DNA of 64,000 nucleotides. Source: Eledone cirrhosa (taxonomy: Eukaryota). The position numbers and the translations under genes are program-made. The stretch is from positions 164,176,001-164,240,000 of the forward strand of contig OZ024741.1 of NCBI GenBank assembly GCA_964016885.1, in the 5' to 3' direction. Shown here in pieces: positions 13,392 through 23,399 of the stretch (positions are counted from its first letter, which is position 1; each line of letters begins with the position of its first letter). The notes beneath the pieces were generated by a model. It was not told the origin of the DNA, ran no database searches, and saw nothing but the letters and a program-made list of their open reading frames with translations.

Positions 13392-14474
13392 TATAAATCT
13401 GAGGATGTGTGCGTTAAGGTTTGTAACGGATTCACGTTACACACACACTATATATATATGAAAAATATGAAAACATGGCGTGCTGCGTAGGTTGTAAATG
13501 GGTTACATATGAATAAATTTAGTCCTTTATCAGTGATCTTCCAGCCTTCATTGCTATTTCATCGCTTTAAAGACCATATACCTCTGGTTGGTGCGAGCAA
13601 CGGCTAAAGAAAGTCGTTGGGACACGTAAATAGGGGGAATGAGCGAGACAGTAAACAAACAAAGATGTTAATGCAACGAAAAGTGATGAAGAAGGAGTCA
13701 AGTCCCTGAAATCGATAAACATAAGTTCTGTGGAATCGTGGACGAGAGAGAATAAAGACCATCAAACCTGGTTGAAATGTGAGTTAGGAAAGAATTTCGC
13801 ACAGGTCAAACGGGAGGAAGAAGGAGTCAAGTCCCTGAAATCGATGGACATAAGTTCTGTGAAACCGTAGACGAGAGAGAATAAAGACCATCCGACCTGG
13901 TCAAAGTGTGAGTGAGGAAAGAATCTCGCACAGGTCAAACGGGAGGAAGTAGGAGAGGGAGTAGCAGAGAGTGAGTGAGTGAAAGTGTGAGGAAGAGGCT
14001 AACAGAGAGAGTGACTGGAAGAGGGAGTAAAAGGAAGTGAGAGATACAGAGAAAAGGGGAAACAGTAAGAAAGAAACAGACGGGTCACAGCGGAGGAAAA
14101 TATATATGAAAAATATGAAACATATATATATAGTGTGTGTAACGTTTTTCGAAATATTTACTTCTGCGTTCAGATTGATTTTTTTTTTTAGTTTCAGAAG
14201 ATCCCGTTAACGGTGAAAGTAGCGATTCTTTGCTTAATCTTTAAATTGTTTTTTTAATATATATATATTTTTTTTTTCTACCCGCCGAAATGCGATTCTC
14301 GATGAATTTATATTTATATATATAATTATATATTCGTGTACAGATATTTTTGCATACACAATAACAAAATATAAACAAACGTATTTATTTCACGAGGCTA
14401 GATAAGGATAAATATATATCAAATATATAAGAACGCTAGAGGAAATCCCGAGCAACGCCGGGCCATTCTGCTAG
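13392..14474 (+). mobile_element. Non-autonomous Helitron of the same family, carrying an insert
   Basis: 5' sequence ctgaggatgtgtgcgttaaggtttgtaacg mirrors the neighbouring Helitron end; 3' cccgagcaacgccggg hairpin + CTAG at 14447-14474. Confidence 0.7.
13690..13949. repeat. Two-copy ~130-bp tandem repeat
   Basis: gaaggagtcaagtccctgaaatcgat...cgcacaggtcaaacgggaggaag occurs twice. Confidence 0.85.
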
Positions 14475-14783
14475 TCTATATATCTAAAACAGAGAATAAG
14501 TGTTTGGCTGTCTGTCTATTTGTCTGTCCGATCACTAAAACTCGAGAAACACCCAACCGATTGTTTTCAAACCTTACACATGTAATACTTATGGTCATGT
14601 GAGTGTTTTGAAGAAAAAAAAATTCAAATTTTCAATGCCCTACGGACTGCAATAGTCGATTTAGCGATCTCTCTCTATAACTTTTAGTCTTTCTCTTTTT
14701 AGATAGATACATAGATATAACGTTGCGCCCTTATAATATCTGTCTGTATGCCTGGCTGTCTGCATTACGACATTATGACGTAG

Positions 14784-14790
<7 letters not shown>
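14475..14790 (+). mobile_element. Helitron/DINE-like 5' fragment; related copy at 10410-10535
   Basis: TCTATATATC start directly after CTAG, (ctgt)n tract; gatttagcgatctctctctataa...gacattatgacg shared with 10410-10535. Confidence 0.55.
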
Positions 14791-14823
<33 letters not shown>

Positions 14824-14889
14824 CGTTTTTCGAAATATTTACATATATATATATATATATATATTGTTATGCTTTGGGAGGGTCATGTT

Positions 14890-15008
14890 GCCAATAAGAA
14901 ACACACTCACCAGATGCGTTCACTCCAATTTAAGAATTTATAAGTTTCCGGTTGTTCATATATTGTCAAAGTTCTTTCGTCACACATTCTGTGACCTCTT
15001 CAGTGGCT
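14890..15008 (-). ncRNA. Possible degenerate hammerhead at PLE 3' end
   Basis: agcca CTGAAGA ggtcacagaatgtgtgac GAAA gaa; stem II is clear, but the stem III/I partner (ttcttattggc) lies ~75 nt away and is one base out of register. Confidence 0.4.
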
Positions 15009-17222
15009 GGGATTCTTTTCTTTGTTTTTGTGCCTCTCCTTTGTTCTGTCCTACGCCATCTTGTTTTTGTGTGTTGCTTGCTTAGTTTGCGCATGTGTTA
15101 CATCCGGGTGTCTGTGTGTGTTTATATTTGTTTATTTATTTGTTTATTTACATGTTACTGGTTGGTTGTTTGTTCTATGTGTGTGTGTGTGTGTTTTCAT
15201 TTTGTCCTTAATTGTAAGTTGTGACGTTGCTATTCCATTCATGTTTTCTATTTAATTTTGGTTGGAGTTCATTTATGTTTATTGCTTCTGTGATTTGTCT
15301 AAACATTACGTCTTTTCTGTGTGTATATTCTATTTTTATTTCTATGTTCTCTAATTTGCCCTTATGTTCTATTTTAGCATGTTGGTGGAGTACTGATGAA
15401 TCTTTTCTATCTTGAAGCTCTCGCCAGTGTTCATTTAACCGTTCTCCTATACTACGAGCTGTCTCACCTATGTACACTATATTCTTATCTTTACATTGTC
15501 CTCCAGTACATCTTATGCTATATACTACATTTCTAGTTTTACAGTTAATATGGGGGCTTAGTTTACAGATTATGCATTTCTTATCTATACAGGGAGGTCT
15601 TTGAAAAGGGTATGTATTGCTAATAAGTGTTTTTATGGAGGTAACTGGTCTTTCTACTATCTTAATATTAAGTTTATGTTTATCTAGGGCCCTTCACCTA
15701 ATTCACCTCTAGGGGTTGTATTGATGAACATTACACTCTGGTATTTATTGCTATCAGACCATGAGTTTATTCTATTAACCTTATTCCTAGTTCTTTCTAA
15801 TCTCTTCCAAAATTTGCAAGGGGCAGGTCCCATTTGTATCATTATTTACCATTTTTTCCCATTTGGTTCTGGCTCCTCTATATACTCTGATTTTATCTCT
15901 CTGATTGTAACCAGAGAACTGCATACGGTGGATGAAGTGTTGTATGTGTCTCTCTAGTTCTTTGGGGTTGCACATGCGGGACACGTTTCTCATCACCCGT
16001 ACCAAATCCGCAATCAGTATGTTGATTTTGGTGTAATGCGAAACAGCTGAGTTTCGGTGGATCAGATATTTGGAAGTCATGGGTTTGGCATAATGGGAAT
16101 GGAGGATTTGTTTTTTTTTGTTGTTAATGGCTTCTAACCAGAGCTCTGTGTCTAGTACAGGTAATCGATGGTTGGGGTGTTTTCTTGGGTAGTCTATAGT
16201 AACTCTAATACTTTGGTGGATGGAGTTAGCTATTTGCTGGATGCTTTCCATGGTGTTTTTCTCTAATTCCTGACTGTTCTCTAGTGGCGGTGTTTTTACT
16301 ACGATGTTTATATCATCAACGTAGCGGGAGTACATTATCAGGGTTAAGAGGTTGCTGTCTTCTAATTGTTCTTTAAGTTTAAGTCTTCTGTCCCACCATA
16401 CCATGAATAGGTTAGCTATGTCACCTGCAATGCTAACACCAATAGCTGCTCCCTCCTCTTGGGCATATGTTTTTCCATTAAATTTGAACATATGTTCCTT
16501 AAGGGTTAATTTTATACTGGCCCCCACCGCATGTGCAATCATTTTCTTTAGTTCATCGTGGTTTTCGGGGGGTCCGTATGGCTCTGGTCCACCCATTCCA
16601 TCTTTCTGTGTGAGTTTTCTTGGCCATTGAGGTAATGGTAGGTGGTCTGGCTCTTGCTGGTCTTGTAGGGCACAGGTTGCTAAGGTCATATGTATCTAGA
16701 TAATCATTACTATAGGTAAGTTTAAGTAGGAGTCTCAACTCACTGGTATCAATCCCACGGAATTCAACATTGCTCTCACTGATCATTTCTACGCATTTCT
16801 CCACAGCAAAATCCACGTCAATGGATGGATATAGGGACACAACATCCATACTACCTATTATGCAGTCTGTTAGGTCCCTAGATCGGTTACTTTCGCTGAT
16901 TCTGCCGAGGAGGTCCTCCGTGCTGTCACATATATCTGGGGACATTTCAATGATGGGGCGTATGATCAGGGAGAGGAAGTAGAAAAGTCTGTAGTTACTA
17001 GCAATGTTAGCTTCACAGACTGGCCGTGTTGGTGGTCCTGTGACAGGGTCACTGCTCGTTTTATGGTCTTTTCGAAGCCCATACACGCTGGCACGTCATT
17101 GTTCCAGGCCTGGAAGTTGTTGGCAGTCCTTTTATTGGGCTGCATTATGTTTGTCCACATCATCATATGGGCATTGAAGAAATATAAGAAGAAATTCAAA
17201 GATGGTTAAAAAAGTTCCATAT

Positions 17223-17291
17223 ATTTTATTATGCGCATTTCAAAAACAAATATCATCCTGGGACGATAGTTGCGTTCTCATCAGATAAAAT
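17223..17291 (-). ncRNA. Type I hammerhead ribozyme (PLE pLTR type)
   Basis: attttat CTGATGA [~16-bp stem II with G-U pairs and 2 mismatches] GAAA tgcgca TA ataaaat; perfect 7-bp stem I, palindromic stem III. Confidence 0.85.
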
Positions 17292-18164
17292 AAGGTAACA
17301 TGATATGATACCTAAAAAACACTTGTGAACAAGAAAGTGTCCTGTCAACATATGATAAAAATATATAATAGGAGAGAGAAGATTGGAAAAAAGAAGGAAG
17401 AGCGAAAAGGAAAAAGAAGGAGAAAATAACGGAGGAAAAATTTAAGAAGGAAAGAGAAAGGAGAGAGAGAGAGACTTTTAATCGGGAAACGCTGTCAAAA
17501 CTGAAAAACAGCTGTAAATAACGGCTAAAAAATATATATACGGCTACGAAATAAATAAATAAATAAATTGATGAGGTTTATGTGCTTAAACTAGGTATAT
17601 TATTTAATTAGGGTTTATATACTAAAAAAATTGATTAAGAGGTGTAAAAATTTATTATTAAAATAAAATAAAGTAAAATAAAATTAAATTAAATGATTTA
17701 TAAGCGTAGAAGACATATGTCATAGTTTGTTTAAATAGAGTGTAATTGAAAAATGTGTGAAGAGTTATTTATGTGAAAAAATATATATATGTGTAGAAAT
17801 AAGAGTAGTCAAACCATGTCAAAAATTAAAAATTAAAAATTTGCTAATAAAAATTATAGATTATATACAAAAAAAATTATATATGTGGGAAAACTATTTA
17901 AATATTTAAATATTATTTTAATCCACAAGTAAATAAGCGTAGAAAAAAACGTAGAAATAAACATATGACGTCATAATTTGTTTACAAACTCTACGAAGGT
18001 TTATACTGATATGATAAAGGAGGGAAAATGAGCGGCTTAAAAATAGTGAGAAAAGAATATAAAGAAACATTAAATATGAACTATTTACATATTATTTTGT
18101 ATCACCAAGTAGATAAAGGAATTTGCTAGAGTGATTTAAAGCGTAGAAGACCATATAACGTCAT

Positions 18165-18359
18165 AGTAGAAGGAAGACGCAGCAGAGGAAGACCACAAAA
18201 ATCATGGGCGGAGGTGGTGAGTAGACCTCAGATTGCTGAAGCTCACGGAGAAGAGGACGAAGGACCGTGACAAGTGGAGAGATGTTGTGCTGAATAGGAC
18301 CCGTCCCACCCTTGGAAGCAGGGAAAAGCGGACGTAAAGTGATGATGATGATGATGATG

Positions 18360-18360
<1 letters not shown>
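18165..18360 (+). mobile_element. RTE LINE 3' end with (GAT)n tail
   Basis: RGRP..W..VV...D..KWRDVVLNRTRPTL-like end, then gcggacgtaaag(tga)n; matches the reverse complement of 21815-22000. Confidence 0.8.
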
Positions 18361-18395
<35 letters not shown>

Positions 18396-18451
18396 ATACT
18401 ATAAGAATAAAGGAACAAGGATTCAGTGTTTCATCATAACATATTTAATAT

Positions 18452-18541
18452 CATATTACATATGTTTCACTATCTATCAGCTCGAGGAATGACCTATTAT
18501 TGATCGAACCTGACTCTGTAATAGAAAGGTCATCAGATATG
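18452..18541 (-). ncRNA. Type I hammerhead ribozyme (left arm)
   Basis: catat CTGATGA [~60-nt imperfect stem II] GAAA catatg TA atatg. Confidence 0.75.
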
Positions 18542-18776
18542 TTTCCTATGTGATCTCGTCTCCGATTCTATGCCTGGAATTCTCTAGCTATTAGATATAT
18601 ACAGCGCATTCTAACAACGTGGTATTCTGCATCAGCTCATTGATACATTGGTGAAAAGCGTGCCATCTCAGGGGCCTAATGAACGAATTGGTATGTTGAA
18701 TGAGCAGGCACATGTATGTGCTGTTAGAAGGGATCGTGATGTCTTTCGACGAAGATGAGTTCTGAAACTTCTGAAT

Positions 18777-18866
18777 ACATATCTGATGATCTTTCAATTA
18801 CAGAGTCAGGTTCGATCTATAATAGGTCTTTCCCCAAACTGGTCGATAATGAAACATGTAATATGT
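18777..18866 (+). ncRNA. Type I hammerhead ribozyme (right arm)
   Basis: acatat CTGATGA [~60 nt] GAAA catg TA atatgt; 6-bp stem I, palindromic stem III. Confidence 0.75.
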
Positions 18867-18910
18867 TATTAAATATGTGATGCAACACTAAATCCTTGTT
18901 CCTTTACATA

Positions 18911-18953
<43 letters not shown>

Positions 18954-18982
18954 AAAGAATAGAGGTGTAACACACAAGTTAT

Positions 18983-19468
18983 TATATATTGGTAAACGGA
19001 ATAGAAAATGCTGACAAATTGTTCACAGTTGAAAAATGGTTTAATTAGGAATAAAAGAGTATTAGAGATTGTATGGGTTAGTATTCAGTTGTGGTTTTAA
19101 GTTTTTAAGTTTTTACCGGTTGCGCATTTCTAAATGCTTTTCAAAAATAATTTTGAGATAGAGTGTCCGTGCTGTTTGCTCTGATCTGATTAGTTTTGGG
19201 AATTCTACCTGTTTTTATGTTAAAAAAATGGCTCCAGCGTTATTTTTGTGTTGTAAAAATGCTTGTGGTCAAAACAATTTTGATTGGTCGGTAGAGGTCA
19301 TGTGAATGTAAAAAGTTGATTTTGCGCCAAGATTGTTTTTATGTTAAAATGTTAGAAAAGTGGCTCCAGCAAAAATTATGGTCAAAACAATTTTGATTGG
19401 TCGGTAGAGGTCATGTGGATAAAAAATTGGTTTTGCGCCAAGATTGAGAAATGACTCTTTCACAACAA

Positions 19469-19506
<38 letters not shown>

Positions 19507-19896
19507 TAGTAGTAGTAGTAAGGTGTTCGATGCTGCGACAATAGCCACCAGCGATGTGTGTCAAATGGCTATTAAGATAAGTGTGTGTGTGTGTGTGTGT
19601 GTGCGTACATACACACAGCAGAGTCATTCGAAGGTCAAAAGATATTTTTCAGCTTTTGTCTTATACGGAGAAGTGCGTGTGTGTGTGTGTGTGTATAAGT
19701 CTCTTTGTATGTTGATGTACGCGTGTGTATGTGTTTGTGTATATATGTGTGTGTGTGTGTGTGTGCGTGTGTGGGTGGACCAGTATTTTTTCCCCCCTGG
19801 TAAAATGGTGTACATTATTCGATTTTTTCAGTAAAATCGGTTCTCTTAATAGAACATCAACAATCTTAACAAAAAAAGGTGTGAAATGATATTCAC

Positions 19897-19928
<32 letters not shown>

Positions 19929-20503
19929 TATATATTTTCACTACATATATATATATATATATATACATATATACATACATATATATGCACATATATTTTT
20001 TTGTATTGCACCATAGAGCATGTGTGTTTACGTGTGTCATTGTGTTTATATGTTGGTAGAGATGTGTGCTGATGTAGGTATGTATGTTGACGTGTGTATG
20101 TTGTGGGTTCGTCTTAGGGAGAAGTGTTTAGACGGGGTCCGTATTTGTTAATGAAGTAAGATTCCTTGCTGATGCGCTGGGTGTGGGTGGCATTATCTTT
20201 AAATTTTACCAGGGGGGAAAAAAATACTGGTCCACCCACACACGCACACACACACACACACACATATATACACAAACACATACACACGCGTACATCAACA
20301 TACAAAGAGACTTATACACACACACACACACACGCACTTCTCCGTATAAGACAAAAGCTGAAAAATATCTTTTGACCTTCGAATGACTCTGCTGTGTGTA
20401 TGTACGCACACACACACACACACACACACTTATCTTAATAGCCATTTGACACACATCGCTGGTGGCTATTGTCGCAGCATCGAACACCTTACTACTACTA
20501 CTA

Positions 20504-20541
<38 letters not shown>

Positions 20542-21028
20542 TTGTTGTGAAAGAGTCATTTCTCAATCTTGGCGCAAAACCAATTTTTTATCCACATGAC
20601 CTCTACCGACCAATCAAAATTGTTTTGACCATAATTTTTGCTGGAGCCACTTTTCTAACATTTTAACATAAAAACAATCTTGGCGCAAAATCAACTTTTT
20701 ACATTCACATGACCTCTACCGACCAATCAAAATTGTTTTGACCACAAGCATTTTTACAACACAAAAATAACGCTGGAGCCATTTTTTTAACATAAAAACA
20801 GGTAGAATTCCCAAAACTAATCAGATCAGAGCAAACAGCACGGACACTCTATCTCAAAATTATTTTTGAAAAGCATTTAGAAATGCGCAACCGGTAAAAA
20901 CTTAAAAACTTAAAACCACAACTGAATACTAACCCATACAATCACTAATACTCTTTTATTCCTAATTAAACCATTTTTCAACTGTGAACAATTTGTCAGC
21001 ATTTTCTATTCCGTTTACCAATATATAT
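18983..21028. repeat. Near-perfect long inverted repeat, ~820-bp arms with ~400-bp spacer
   Basis: 18983-19806 is the reverse complement of 20203-21028; the ORF track gives identical peptides on opposite strands. Confidence 0.95.
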
Positions 21029-21271
21029 ATATATATATATATATGTGTGTAAAAAGTAAACAGAAATAACAACACAATTGGTACAGTATATAGAAGGAAT
21101 ATATTAGGTTAACACTTGAAATAGCAGGAAAAGGGTCTTGCCGTTTCTGACGCTAGACATTCATGACAAGAAAGAACGAGAAAAATTTGACAAAAAAACA
21201 AAAAAATTCAATGGTGAAATTATGAAATGAATTATAGTAAAAAAAAATTCCTTGTTGCTCAAATATAAACC

Positions 21272-21690
21272 AATCATCATCATCAAGGTTTAGCGTCCGT
21301 GTTCCACGCTTGCATGGGTTTAGACGGGGGTTTTCCCACTTGAGGCAAGAGTGGTTGTCTTGCTCGCATAGGACTGTCTGGCGGGTTTTCTACAGCTGGA
21401 CGCCCTTCCTAACACCAACCACATTAACAGTGTGGGGCTGGGAGGTTTTTACCATGTTGCCTACACGGCCACATTACAGCGTGGACTGTCTGGCGGGTTT
21501 TCTACAGCTGGATGCCCTTCCTAACACCAACCACATTTACAGTGTGGAGCTGGGAGGTTTTTACCGTGTTGCCTACACGGCCACATTTACAGCGTGGACT
21601 GTGTGTTTTTTTTGTCGTGACACCTACACGATCTCATTTGTTTCGGCCTGGATGGTGTGGCACCAACATAACTTTACATTGAAAGGGGCG
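21272..21690 (-). mobile_element. RTE-tailed non-autonomous retroposon; related pieces at 27103-27279 (+) and ~45600-45810 (-)
   Basis: gtgttaggaagggc(a/g)tccagctgtagaaaacc motif and ...gcgtggaacacggacg...(gat)n tail; internal ~110-bp duplication. Confidence 0.7.
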
Positions 21691-21814
21691 GTGTGGATGG
21701 GTGGGGGTGGTGGGACGGGGGGGGGGGGGGGGGGGGGGTGTTTTGATAGAGATGCCTACTGACTGTAGTAGGTTTTACTTTGTATTTAATGTATATAACA
21801 TTTTAAATATATAT

Positions 21815-23215
21815 ATCATCATCATCATTTTACATCCGCTTTTCCCTGCTTGCGAGGGTGGGACGGGTCCTATTCAGCACAGCATCTCTCCACTTGTCAC
21901 GGTCCTTCGTCGTCTCCTCCGTGAGATTCAGCAATCTGAAATCAGCTCTCACCACCTCCGCCCATGTTTTCCGTGGTCTTCCTCTACTGTGTCTTCCTTC
22001 TACTGGGATTTCTTGGCTCTTCTTTACCCAGGGGTCATCCTCCATGTGCATCACATGTCCATACCATCACAGTCTTCTCTCCCGCACACTATAACTTATA
22101 CACAGTTTCTCTCTCAACTCATTTATGCTTGGTCGTTCACACGCATTGACATTGCATATCCAATGGAGCATGCTTGCTTCATTTCTCTCCAGCTGTCACA
22201 TATCCTCTGAAGTTGCTGCCATGTCTCACTACCATGCAGCATCGCGCATCTCACACATGTCATATAACCAGCCTTTCGTACGCAGGGAGAAACCCTTCTT
22301 TGTCAACAGAGGAAGCAGCTCCCTAAACTTCTTCCAAGCCGTCCTTATTCTAGATACTATGGCCTCAGAACAGCCCCCCCCCCCCTGCCATGCTAATCTG
22401 ATCACCTAGGAACCGGAAGCTATCAACCACTTCTATAGAACCCACCTGCATTTGAAAAATGTGTCTATCACTGACTTCTACTGTCAAATTTTCCTGTACA
22501 TCTACTGCATACGTAGTTTTCCCTACCTGTGACTTTGCCTGCTATCCCACTACATCTCTTGTGTACCCCAGATCTGCATTGTGTACATTTTATAGAATTT
22601 ATGCCAGTTACTTTTCTACATATCGAACAAGGCCATTTCCCTGATGGAATCAGTTTTGTTCTCTTTTCTACTTATCAACACTTTTGTTTTAGCTATGTTC
22701 ACTCTCAGTCCTCTTGATTCCAACTGCTGTTTCCATAGCCAGAATTTATTCTCTAGCTCCTCCACTGATTCTGTTATAAGAACCAGATTGTCAGAATTAG
22801 AGAAGTTCCCATGGGCAGCCAGTCTTAAACTCTTCTGTTATGGCTTGGAGGAATATAATGAATAAGAGCGGGCTGAGGACCGAACCTTGATGTGCTCCTA
22901 CTTGTATCTGGAATTCCTCACTAAAATCCATTCTTACCCTCACTTTACTCACAGCACCTCTGTATATAGCTTGCACTGTCCTCACAAGCCATTCCTCTAC
23001 ACCTAGTTTCCTTAGGGATCACCAGATGACAGATCAGGGTACCCTATCAAAGGCCTTCTCTAGGTCAACAAAAACTAAGTATAGTGGCTTATTCTTCATT
23101 AAGAACCTCTCTTGTAGTTGTCTCACTAAGAAGAGGGCATCTGTTGTACTTTTTCCAGGCACAAAACCAAACTGCATCTCATCTAATTTGACCCTTTCTC
23201 TAATTAGTTGCACTG
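21815..23215 (-). mobile_element. RTE LINE, 5'-truncated RT-to-tail fragment
   Basis: MQFGFVPGKSTTDA, FVDLEKAFD, GAHQGSVLSPLLF, GRHSRGRPRKTW, (GAT)n tail. Confidence 0.9.
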
Positions 23216-23399
23216 ATTTAATATATATATTAAATTAATTTAAGAATAACTTCGCTTAAAAATATTATATTCAACAAAATATAATATTGATAAAATTTGA
23301 TCAGTAGCGAGTATAATGTTTTATTTTAAATTGGTTAATTGTTAATTAATTGTTGTTTTTGTTTTTTTCAGCTTTGGTTTTACATTGGGTTTAATTTTG

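Larger units (their letters stand above)
14870..17330 (-). mobile_element. Penelope-like element, 5'-truncated, RT + C-terminal GIY-YIG endonuclease
   Basis: YGLRKDHK...RPV, GSMDVVSLYPSI, GAAIG...IANLFM, YSRYVDD, LPVLD; VVYSIRC...YIGETARSIGERLNEH...EAINI...PKLN; frameshifted. Confidence 0.92.
18399..18912. mobile_element. Non-autonomous element with ~140-bp imperfect inverted arms, each holding a hammerhead, in (TA)n
   Basis: aaaggaacaaggattcagtgtt...ggtcatcagatatg vs catatctgatgatc...aacactaaatccttgttccttt. Confidence 0.85.

Noticed and set aside
20870-20900. Hammerhead in the arms of the 2-kb palindrome (GAAA tgcgca)
   Set aside because: Upstream core reads TTGAAAA rather than CUGANGA, there is no UH site and no stem I; at most a decayed relic.
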